27,426 bases of DNA. Source: a virus (Duplodnaviria > Heunggongvirae > Uroviricota > Caudoviricetes). This document shows, in pieces, positions 19,521 through 27,313 of this stretch. The notes beneath the pieces are model-generated. The model was not told where the DNA came from. It worked only from the letters and a program-made list of their open reading frames with translations, and did not search any database. Each line of letters opens with the position of its first letter. Position 1 is the first letter of the stretch. Made by a program: the position numbers and the translations under genes. The stretch spans positions 1-27,426 of IMG/VR virus record IMGVR_UViG_2660238683_000003, one strand, 5' to 3'.

Positions 19521-19601
19521 GATCTTATCGCCTACCGTTTCGGTTTAAGTTTTTCTTCCAGCTTCTCCAACAGGAAAAACGCATAGGATTCAGTGAGCCT
19601 T

Positions 19602-20483
19602 TCAGCGTCCTGAATCGGTATACCCCCATACAAAACCAGGTTGGACACTAAGGTCTGATAGCTTTTCAATCCCCACCTGTGGAATGAAGTCGGTAGCCCG
19701 AAAGGGCACCCACAGACGGGTATACGCACCCTCTGTGGACTCCTTTTTATCCTGGTTTGGGCATTTATGCGGCGGGAGACGAAGACGCATTTCACCTTTA
19801 TCGATGTAGCACGGTAAACCATGTTCGAGCTTTTCATGAGCCAGTCGGATGTGTGCCGCCAGCTTCATAAATTCAGTATCAATGGCCATCCGTTTAATCG
19901 TTTCATAACGACGCTCAGCCTGATCTTCACGAGTACCGCTAACATCGTTATAAAGCTCACACTGATAAGCGAATTCCCAAAAACGCAAATCAACGATCGC
20001 TTCTTTGAATTCCGCGTCGTCTTCAGGTGGCAATGCAGCACGGCGCATCTCCAGCATTTCCATTGCCCAACCATCAAGCGGCACGATACGCCATTGATAG
20101 GGCACTCCCTCTACAGACACCTCAATATCGTCAATGAACGGTTCCACTTCCAGGACATGGATATCTTCAGCCAGAGCATTCATATCGCAATCGTAATAAT
20201 GCTCTTTACCGCAATGTTTACAGGTGTAGGTGAATGTCTCGACCGGTGTTTCACGGGAGCCGGTAAATATCCACCATAACGCGGTAATCCGGTCCTGCGC
20301 CGTCCATGTCAGGGGATCATGTTTCGCGGGTTCAGCCAGCAAGGCTTTTAAATACGCCGTTGTCTGTTGTTCTTGTTCCTCCGGTGTTATCGAGTTGAAA
20401 CGCATCGCATCAGCAATATTTGGCTGACGGAACTGGATCAATTCAGTTGGCCGCGATGGTAGCGGGAAAAGAGGTAAAAGCAT
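19602..20483 (-). CDS. pmgB: Tail morphogenesis protein (PmgB-like), 293 aa as written; 3' end may be frameshifted
   Basis: ATG with AAGGAG SD. Upstream of sit. The stop at 19602 leaves an 81-nt gap before sit, while a +1 frame from a G5 run continues to within 11 nt of sit. Confidence 0.5.
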   Translation of the reverse strand: MLLPLFPLPSRPTELIQFRQPNIADAMRFNSITPEEQEQQTTAYLKALLAEPAKHDPLTWTAQDRITALWWIFTGSRETPVETFTYTCKHCGKEHYYDCDMNALAEDIHVLEVEPFIDDIEVSVEGVPYQWRIVPLDGWAMEMLEMRRAALPPEDDAEFKEAIVDLRFWEFAYQCELYNDVSGTREDQAERRYETIKRMAIDTEFMKLAAHIRLAHEKLEHGLPCYIDKGEMRLRLPPHKCPNQDKKESTEGAYTRLWVPFRATDFIPQVGIEKLSDLSVQPGFVWGYTDSGR

Positions 20484-20497
20484 CCTTGCTCCTTAAT

Positions 20498-21109
20498 TCA
20501 AAGAGAAAAGCTAAAGCCCAGAAGGGAAGCCAAAGAACTTGAGGATTGGTTAAACGTGCTGTGCAATGCGAAGGTCATTGGGAATGACTTAAATTCAGTA
20601 ACCTGATCTCGCGCATAGGTGACATCGCCGGTAGTGACCGGGAATACCGTCATCTCATTTTCCAGTTTGGTTAAGCCGGAAGACAGCAACCGATAAATAC
20701 GCACATTGAGCAAATATTTAGACGGTATATTCCCGGTACCGTCCGGATTGATCACCCGACTTTTTGCCGTCTTAAACCAGTCCAAAACGAGGCCATCAAC
20801 GGTATCCCTGACCATCATTGTTATCTGCCCAGGCGAACGCTCCGTTGGTTGAAGGATATTCCCTCCGCCGATTTTAATCGTTTCATATTCGATGCTGTAA
20901 TCGTGGTAGGTAATATCTTTGGCAAAGAAGTCTGCCCCCTCCAGTCCATCAACTTCGACAGAGAACTGCCATCCTTGCGCGAACAACATTTTGTTCATGA
21001 TGATTGACGTCAGCTTACCGACTTCCCGCTCACCAACGCCGGAGCCAAATAATGTCGTCGTTAATGCCGAAGATACATAAGACTTTACTGAAGCAACATT
21101 AAACCCCAT
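20498..21109 (-). CDS. tub: Tail tube-like structural protein (203 aa)
   Basis: ATG with GAGAGGG SD. Size and position between pmgC-like and pmgB-like genes. Name by synteny only. Confidence 0.45.
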   Translation of the reverse strand: MGFNVASVKSYVSSALTTTLFGSGVGEREVGKLTSIIMNKMLFAQGWQFSVEVDGLEGADFFAKDITYHDYSIEYETIKIGGGNILQPTERSPGQITMMVRDTVDGLVLDWFKTAKSRVINPDGTGNIPSKYLLNVRIYRLLSSGLTKLENEMTVFPVTTGDVTYARDQVTEFKSFPMTFALHSTFNQSSSSLASLLGFSFSL

Positions 21110-21119
21110 ATCAGCCCTC

Positions 21120-21710
<591 letters not shown>

Positions 21711-21840
21711 TTAACCGATTCTACGAGTAGTCATTTGTTCATTGAGTAGGAATATTGTTGTCTGGGGGGTAATCAGTGTAGGTGGAATGAGGGATATGAT
21801 ATGGTTATCACATAATCAGGTTGTTTTGAGTAAAACAATA

Positions 21841-21867
21841 AAACGCCCTTTAATGGGCGTTTTTTTA
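21841..21867. terminator. Bidirectional rho-independent terminator
   Basis: Stem ACGCCC / GGGCGT with loop tttaat, followed by T7 on the plus strand and T-rich sequence on the minus strand. Lies between the end of the sim-like cluster and the tail operon. Confidence 0.6.
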
Positions 21868-21895
21868 AAACTTAAATTAACTATCCTTTCAAATA

Positions 21896-22690
21896 CTATT
21901 TTAATTCTATGTAATTTTTAAATTCTCCCTCATATTTATACATGATGCTATCAAATCCTTCCATTACATCAACGAATTGTTGTGAACATTCCGGCTTCCA
22001 AGGCGTACACTTACGAACCATATCCATTTTATTCTTATCCTTCGTTGTATCGACTAAGGATAGGTACCCTATAAAATTCATCATCTGAACAGGATCTTGA
22101 TTTGTGAATATATATTTGACGTTTTGCTTAGTAGGTGAAAAAGAATCAAAAGCAGGGAACATATATTCACCAGAAAAAGAGAGTGCAGCATCAATGACGT
22201 CTGTTGCTGGAGTGCAGTTGCTCAGAATTGGCACTAAGCTAAAATTAGCACCGGAGCACACTGCATATATATCATCCCCTTTTTTTAGTTTTAACAGAGA
22301 GTCTTGCTTTGAATCCAATATTTTCAATTTGATATAATTTAGTGGCGTTGCATTTTCCCCTGGAGTAAATAACTCTACAATTGGTTTATTATTCACCATT
22401 CTTATGGATTTTATTTCACCATACACAATTGGAATTGTGTTCCATTTTTCCTGAGCAGCAAATTCATTATCTTTAAAATCATTAACCAACTCAGATGGCA
22501 AATGATAACCAAATTGATTGTTCATTGCTTTCGAAGCAAATCCAGACAAATAGAATGCCCTTACTAAATCATAATCTTTCTTTGAGGTAGAAAGCCAATC
22601 TGGCAATTTATTATCAGCTATCGCGCTTCCAGCAAAAATAGCACAACAAAATGTTATTACATTAAATAATTTCATTTTCCATTCACTCAT
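21896..22690 (-). CDS. simC: Exported protein with signal peptide (SimC-like)
   Basis: N-terminus MKLFNVITFCCAIFAGSAIA looks like a Sec signal peptide. Low GC. ATG at 22690 overlaps the upstream stop; the ORF-track start 22708 is GTG. Confidence 0.5.
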   Translation of the reverse strand: MSEWKMKLFNVITFCCAIFAGSAIADNKLPDWLSTSKKDYDLVRAFYLSGFASKAMNNQFGYHLPSELVNDFKDNEFAAQEKWNTIPIVYGEIKSIRMVNNKPIVELFTPGENATPLNYIKLKILDSKQDSLLKLKKGDDIYAVCSGANFSLVPILSNCTPATDVIDAALSFSGEYMFPAFDSFSPTKQNVKYIFTNQDPVQMMNFIGYLSLVDTTKDKNKMDMVRKCTPWKPECSQQFVDVMEGFDSIMYKYEGEFKNYIELK

Positions 22691-23000
22691 TAATCGGTTT
22701 AAACTCACTAATTAATTCACCAAGACTATTTGGGTATGCTTTATAAATAACATACTCCGAAGAGCCATCTGAATATTTGTAAACCCCATAACAGACCAGT
22801 TTACTTATTCCTTTCTGAATAGTTTTTTGATTATAAGAATCAACCACTGTTATTCCATATGACGATAATATTTCGTTATATTCTTCAATAAGAGCTTTTC
22901 TTGTTTCCACTGAATTGCAATCTACCTTCGAAAAGTCAACTTCATCAGCAAAAACATTAAATGTTAAAAAGGAAAGCACTAAAAACAAACGAATCAGCAT
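22683..23000 (-). CDS. simB: Small exported protein (SimB-like), about 105 aa
   Basis: Signal-peptide-like MLIRLFLVLSFLTFNVFA. Start trimmed from 23018 to ATG 23000, which has AGGAG 7 nt upstream. Confidence 0.45.
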   Translation of the reverse strand: MLIRLFLVLSFLTFNVFADEVDFSKVDCNSVETRKALIEEYNEILSSYGITVVDSYNQKTIQKGISKLVCYGVYKYSDGSSEYVIYKAYPNSLGELISEFKPINE

Positions 23001-23021
23001 AAATCCACTCCTACGCATGGA

Positions 23022-23153
23022 TTAATAGTCATTGATCGCAAAGGCGTAAACTTGCCCAAGGTATTTCGTATAATCGGTACAAATCTCCTTTACGCTTGAT
23101 GCTGCATTAACAGTCCCAGCCATAAATAATAACGGTAGTAATAGTTTTCTCAT
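23022..23153 (-). CDS. simA: Small ORF (43 aa) with signal-peptide-like N-terminus (SimA-like); not in the ORF track
   Basis: Hand translation gives MRKLLLPLLFMAGTVNAASSVKEICTDYTKYLGQVYAFAINDY. GGTGAGG SD 5 nt upstream of the ATG. Stop lies 4 nt before the simB-like ORF. Confidence 0.4.
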   Translation of the reverse strand: MRKLLLPLLFMAGTVNAASSVKEICTDYTKYLGQVYAFAINDY

Positions 23154-23248
23154 TATAACCTCACCTGCCTTATAACCCATTTAGGGTACATATTTTCGCC
23201 TTTAAAAAAAGAGGTTATTAGATCCATTTGTGCATTTGTTACACAAAT

Positions 23249-23265
23249 AATGCTCTAATAAATTT
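23249..23265 (+). promoter_or_regulatory. C1-repressor operator-like site (Op51-like) upstream of c4-icd-ant
   Basis: AATGCTCTAATAAATTT matches the asymmetric P1 C1 operator consensus ATTGCTCTAATAAATTT (from memory) at 16 of 17 positions. Confidence 0.55.
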
Positions 23266-23449
23266 GTATTTTTAAGTCGCGAATGCTATCTTTTCGCATC
23301 ATATTGACCTTTTAATCGTTCAGGCTTATAGTTCCGCCGTCGTAGCAAATTCTGCGACCGGGTTTAGCAGCCTGAATGTTAGTGCGGACAACCGCAGATA
23401 TCCGATATTGCGGTATTTTTGTGTCCGTAAAACCGCGTTACGCCCAAAT

Positions 23450-23530
23450 TATGGTGGGGCGTGATGGGGAGGCTTCGGCCTGCTGGTTTCACTAACGCCA
23501 GTCTGCTAACCCCGTCACGTCCTGCCACCT
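23450..23530 (+). ncRNA. c4: c4-like antisense repressor RNA (approximate ends)
   Basis: Segments TCACTAAC (23489-23496) and CTGCTAAC (23503-23510) are complementary to GTTAGTGA (23562-23569, overlapping the icd SD) and TTAGCAG (23533-23539). The same target-like pair recurs upstream at 23363-23384. Confidence 0.45.
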
Positions 23531-23579
23531 GTTTAGCAGCGGGTAGCAGGTTGTTAAACCTGTTAGTGAGGCCGTAACT

Positions 23580-23801
23580 ATGGTTAATGCCAATCCTTGC
23601 GCACGCCAAGAATTCATCTGGCGTTTCTATTCCTGTAAAAAACACCACTATCACTTCGTTATCGCAGCAACTGAAGACGAAGCACGCTCTCAATTGCCTG
23701 ATGGCCCCTGCATTTTTACTGCCCGTTTTTCAACTAACTCGCGCAATTCACTTAGTTACTGGAACCTCCCCTTCTCTGCCGACGTTCAGGGGGTTTTATG
23801 A
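23580..23801 (+). CDS. icd: Icd-like small protein (73 aa), translationally coupled to ant
   Basis: 73-codon ORF whose TGA overlaps the ant1 ATG (ATGA). GAGG SD 9 nt upstream is the c4 target. Matches the P1 icd arrangement as recalled. Confidence 0.6.
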   Translation: MVNANPCARQEFIWRFYSCKKHHYHFVIAATEDEARSQLPDGPCIFTARFSTNSRNSLSYWNLPFSADVQGVL

Positions 23802-24841
23802 AAAAAACTCTCATCACCCGGAATGAAATAGCCGAAGCGATCGCTTTGCATACAACCTGTATGCCGACACGGGAGATCCCCGGCGCAATTGCCAACTATT
23901 TCATGATAACCAGGCGTTTTTATACCCGAACAGATAAGGCTGTGATCAACAGGCTACTGATAACCGAGATCAGGGATTATTTGATTGAACAAGGACGTCT
24001 ACGTTACGCAACAGTGGCAGCAGAAATGAGAAAGGAGGCACATAGAATGACCAGTAATAATTTGAATGTTAAAAAACCAGCATCTGTTGCTTCAGCTACG
24101 CCATCTCCAGCCGTGAATGTCATCCCCAACACCGGAGACACAATCGACAGCCAAACATTGTTGAAGATGGTCAATGAGGCACGTAAGTTATGTGGAGAAC
24201 CAGAGGTTAGAAACAATAAATTCATCGAAAAAATACTCGATGAACTTGAAGGTGAATTTTACACAAAAAGTGCAAAATCCCATGGCACAAGGGCCGGGCG
24301 CTCTTTTGAGGTCATAACCATGACCTATAAACAAGCCCTGCGAGTCGCCGCGCGCGAATCAAAAGCTGTCCGCCGTTCGCTGATCGACAAACTAGAAGAA
24401 TTGCAGCAGGCAAACTCCCCTACTCCATCGATCCCCCAAACATTACCAGAAGCTCTACGCCTGGCCGCCGAGTTGGCAGAACAGAAAATGCAGTTGGAAC
24501 AACAGCTGGTGGCCGCTGCCCCTAAAGTCGATTTTGCCGACCGGGTATCAGTGGCTAATGGAATCCTGATCGGGAACTTTGCAAAGGTCGTTGGGCTTAA
24601 GCAAAACGCCCTTTTCTCATGGTTGCGCCAGAACGGCATTCTCATGGCTTTTGGTGCGCGCAAAAACGTACCGCGCCAGCAGTACATTAACGCCGGGTAT
24701 TTCACGGTGAAAGAAGTGGTGCTGGATGATGAAAATGGCTACCAGATACGGCTGACGCCCCAATTAACGGGTAAAGGCCAGCAGTGGTTAACTCGCAAGC
24801 TACTTGATGCTGGTTTGTTAAAACCAGTAGCAATAGGTTAA
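23798..24841 (+). CDS. ant1: Antirepressor Ant1 (347 aa); probable in-frame Ant2 start at 24047
   Basis: C-terminal roughly 140 aa (PQTLPEALRLAAELAEQK...GKGQQWLTRKLLDAG) is an antirepressor-type (AntA/KilAC-like) domain, also present in the next gene. Internal ATG at 24047 has AAGGAGG 8 nt upstream. Confidence 0.75.
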   Translation: MKKTLITRNEIAEAIALHTTCMPTREIPGAIANYFMITRRFYTRTDKAVINRLLITEIRDYLIEQGRLRYATVAAEMRKEAHRMTSNNLNVKKPASVASATPSPAVNVIPNTGDTIDSQTLLKMVNEARKLCGEPEVRNNKFIEKILDELEGEFYTKSAKSHGTRAGRSFEVITMTYKQALRVAARESKAVRRSLIDKLEELQQANSPTPSIPQTLPEALRLAAELAEQKMQLEQQLVAAAPKVDFADRVSVANGILIGNFAKVVGLKQNALFSWLRQNGILMAFGARKNVPRQQYINAGYFTVKEVVLDDENGYQIRLTPQLTGKGQQWLTRKLLDAGLLKPVAIG

Positions 24842-24853
24842 CAAAAGAAAAAA

Positions 24854-24878
24854 CCTGCCAGCAAACTGGCAGGTTTCT
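24854..24878 (+). terminator. Candidate intrinsic terminator/attenuator after ant
   Basis: Stem CCTGCCAG / CTGGCAGG with loop caaa, followed by only TTT, so weak. Confidence 0.4.
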
Positions 24879-24918
24879 GAGCAGATCGACCAACCCGATC
24901 TGGATCGGACTGGAAAAA

Positions 24919-24935
24919 TTTGCTCTAATAAATTT
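24919..24935 (+). promoter_or_regulatory. C1-repressor operator-like site (Op53-like) upstream of kilA-repL
   Basis: TTTGCTCTAATAAATTT matches the C1 operator consensus at 16 of 17 positions. Second copy of the motif in the window, same orientation, about 70 bp before kilA. Confidence 0.55.
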
Positions 24936-25004
24936 CGTTTTCTAAGTGCAAAGAATCACCATTTCGAGCTGGTGATTGAAGGTTGATGCAAATTTGGAGA
25001 AAAA

Positions 25005-25805
25005 ATGCAACAAACATTCAATGCGGATATGAATATATCAAACCTTCATCAAAATGTCGATCCTTCAACCACTCTGCCTGTTATTTGTGGTGTTGAAATT
25101 ACGACCGACCGCGCTGGCCGTTACAACCTTAATGCTCTACACAGAGCGAGCGGACTCGGTGCCCATAAAGCGCCAGCTCAATGGCTAAGAACGCTGTCAG
25201 CCAAACAGCTCATCGAAGAGCTGGAAAAAGAAACTATGCAGAATTGCATAGTTTCGTTCGAAGGCCGTGGCGGCGGCACTTTTGCCCATGAATTGCTCGC
25301 TGTGGAGTACGCAGGCTGGATTTCTCCCGCGTTTCGGCTGAAGGTAAACCAGACATTTATCGACTATCGAGCCGGAAGATTACAACCTGCTATTCCGCAG
25401 AGTCTCCCTGAAGCTCTCCGTTTGGCTGCCGACCTGGCAGAGCAAAAGCAACGGCTGGAGCAAAAAATGCTTCTGGATGCCCCTAAAGTCGAATTTGCCG
25501 AACGCGTTGCTACCGCCAGCGGGGTTCTAATCGGCAACTATGCCAAAGTGCTCGGCCTGGGCCAAAACTATCTCTTCACCTGGTTGCGTGATAACGGAAT
25601 TCTGATCGCAACCGGTGAGCGCAGGAACGTCCCAAAACAAGAATACATATCCCGTGGGTATTTCACCCTCAAAGAAACCGTGATCGATACAAGCAATGGA
25701 AGCAGGATTTCTTTCACGACTCGTATAACCGGCAAAGGTCAGCAGTGGCTGATGAAGCGATTGCTTGATGCTGGTGTGCTGGTACCTGTCGCGGCAACGC
25801 GCTAA
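25005..25805 (+). CDS. kilA: KilA protein (KilA-N domain plus antirepressor-type C-terminal domain), 266 aa
   Basis: N-terminal KilA-N-like segment (GRYNLNALHRASG...). C-terminal domain paralogous to the Ant C-terminus. GGAG SD 6 nt upstream. Confidence 0.7.
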   Translation: MQQTFNADMNISNLHQNVDPSTTLPVICGVEITTDRAGRYNLNALHRASGLGAHKAPAQWLRTLSAKQLIEELEKETMQNCIVSFEGRGGGTFAHELLAVEYAGWISPAFRLKVNQTFIDYRAGRLQPAIPQSLPEALRLAADLAEQKQRLEQKMLLDAPKVEFAERVATASGVLIGNYAKVLGLGQNYLFTWLRDNGILIATGERRNVPKQEYISRGYFTLKETVIDTSNGSRISFTTRITGKGQQWLMKRLLDAGVLVPVAATR

Positions 25806-25834
25806 CAGACGTAGTAAGAACCACCAGCATTGTA

Positions 25835-26680
25835 ATGCTGGCTAAAGTCACTTTCCTGAGCTGTATAACGATGAGCGATTTTACTTTTTCTGGCTATGAA
25901 TTGGCCTGCTTTGTAACACACTCCGGTCTATCCCGTAGCGCCGGGTATATCCTGTCGCAATGTGCAAATCTCGCGGCTACAACCAGTGAATACTTCATTC
26001 ACAAGCCTCACCGCCTGATCGCGGCAGAAACTGGTTATAGTCAATCAACCGTCGTTCGTGTATTCCGTGAAGCTGTAAACAAAGGAATCCTGTCTGTAGA
26101 GATTGTTATCGGCGATCACCGTGAACGCCGCGCTAACCTGTACCGGTTTACACCATCCTTTTTGGCCTTCGCACAACAAGCTAAAAACGCGCTGACTGAA
26201 AGCAAATTAAAGATCTCTTCAGCCGCAACCAAGGTTAAAGCTGTTCTCGCTAAGACATTGGCTTTATTTGATTTTTTATCCACACCCCCATGTCAAAATG
26301 ATACCCCCTCCCCCTGTCAGGATGACGTGGCAATAAAGAATAAGAAGTCACAAGTTAAAAAAACAAAAAGATCAGTTTCCGGCGGTGCCGGAACGACCAG
26401 ACTCAAAAAATTGACTTCATGGATCGCTGAGGCAAAAGCAAAGGCTGACAATCTGCGGTTATCCAAAAAACGCGCTCAAAAACATGAGTTCAAGCAGAAA
26501 GTAGAGGCTGCTGCGCGGAAATATGCTTACCTGAAGAACAAGCGTTCGCCTGATATTGGCGGGATATCAAACTTCGATAATCTGCCGCATTGCATGACAG
26601 TAAACGAAGCTCTTAATGCGGTTTTAGCCAAAAATAAAGATAACGAACAATGGGGTATACCGGCAGGATTCAGAGGGTGA
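25835..26680 (+). CDS. repL: RepL-like lytic replication initiator (281 aa)
   Basis: HTH-like segment ETGYSQSTVVRVFREAVNKGIL. Position directly after kilA as in the P1 kilA-repL operon. Start uncertain (ATG 25835 or 25871). Confidence 0.6.
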   Translation: MLAKVTFLSCITMSDFTFSGYELACFVTHSGLSRSAGYILSQCANLAATTSEYFIHKPHRLIAAETGYSQSTVVRVFREAVNKGILSVEIVIGDHRERRANLYRFTPSFLAFAQQAKNALTESKLKISSAATKVKAVLAKTLALFDFLSTPPCQNDTPSPCQDDVAIKNKKSQVKKTKRSVSGGAGTTRLKKLTSWIAEAKAKADNLRLSKKRAQKHEFKQKVEAAARKYAYLKNKRSPDIGGISNFDNLPHCMTVNEALNAVLAKNKDNEQWGIPAGFRG

Positions 26681-26730
26681 TAGATTGCTCTAATCTGGAG
26701 TCACCTGGCGTTTTCAGTTTGAGGTCGGAG

Positions 26731-26976
26731 ATGCAATCTGATTTTTTACAGTTAGCGATCGCTTTTACAGGATATGTTTGCATTGGCTTCTGTGTATACA
26801 TGATCAGCCGAAAAATGCTTGTCGATATCGACCGCAAAGAACGAGCAGAGGAAATCTTAGTATGGATTTTCTTTGGCGCGGTCTGGCCATTAGGGATCAT
26901 GTTTGCTGCAACGTTTCTTCTGATGTGGATATTCACCATTCCAGGTGATTTATATAGAAAAAAAGCCAGACATTGA
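26731..26976 (+). CDS. Small membrane protein (about 81 aa, two predicted TM helices)
   Basis: Hydrophobic stretches LAIAFTGYVCIGFCVYMI and ILVWIFFGAVWPLGIMFAATFLLMWIF. ATG 26731 has GAGG upstream. The ORF-track start 26650 overlaps repL. Confidence 0.4.
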   Translation: MQSDFLQLAIAFTGYVCIGFCVYMISRKMLVDIDRKERAEEILVWIFFGAVWPLGIMFAATFLLMWIFTIPGDLYRKKARH

Positions 26977-27099
26977 TACAATCGCTGCGGGTGCTTGAGG
27001 CTATCTGCTTCAGGCATTACCCGAAAAGCAGACAGAAGAAAGCCCCAGATAACATTACGCGTCCTGCAAGACGCTTAACATTAATCTGAGGCCATATCT

Positions 27100-27306
27100 A
27101 TGCTTAGCATACGTAGATTAGCCTCTTACCGACCAAAAGGTCAAGGAGAAGCAGGCTATGAAGCAGCAAAAAGCGATGTTAATCGCTCTGATCGTCATCT
27201 GTTTAACCGTCATTGTGACGGTACTGGTAACGAGGAAAGACCTCTGCGAGGTACGAATCCGAACCGGCCAGACGGAGGTCACTGTCTTCACAGCCTACGA
27301 ATCTGA
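27100..27306 (+). CDS. mok: mok-like overlapping reading frame (modulator of killing)
   Basis: ORF that starts upstream of hok and overlaps almost all of it in another frame, as in hok/mok/sok loci. Confidence 0.35.
   Translation: MLSIRRLASYRPKGQGEAGYEAAKSDVNRSDRHLFNRHCDGTGNEERPLRGTNPNRPDGGHCLHSLRI
27110..27145 (-). promoter_or_regulatory. Candidate sok-like antisense promoter
   Basis: On the minus strand: -35 TTGACC (27144-27139), 18-bp spacer, -10 TAATCT (27120-27115). The transcript would run antisense across the mok start and hok leader. Confidence 0.3.
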
Positions 27307-27313
27307 AAGGTAA
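27158..27313 (+). CDS. hok: Hok/Gef-family type I toxin (51 aa)
   Basis: MKQQKAMLIALIVICLTVIVTVLVTRKDLCEVRIRTGQTEVTVFTAYESER is near-identical in pattern to E. coli HokD/RelF as recalled. AAGGAG SD upstream. Confidence 0.85.
   Translation: MKQQKAMLIALIVICLTVIVTVLVTRKDLCEVRIRTGQTEVTVFTAYESER

Noticed and set aside
16177-19548. Multiple plus-strand ORFs (60-150 aa) across the sit region
   Set aside because: All are antisense shadows of the 1140-codon sit ORF, and none has a convincing start signal.
19532-19837. 101-aa minus-strand ORF as an independent gene
   Set aside because: Its first roughly 78 codons are an alternative-frame shadow of pmgB. Only its last roughly 23 codons after the G5 run look protein-like, and these are treated as a possible frameshift extension instead.
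23160-23300. LexA (SOS) box upstream of the antirepressor genes
   Set aside because: I looked for CTGT-N8-ACAG in the ant and kilA leaders and did not see it; the conserved motif there matches the C1 operator consensus instead.
23379-23693. 104-aa minus-strand ORF overlapping the c4/icd leader
   Set aside because: Lies antisense to the c4 antisense-RNA region and the icd start. Cys/His-rich low-complexity translation with no RBS.
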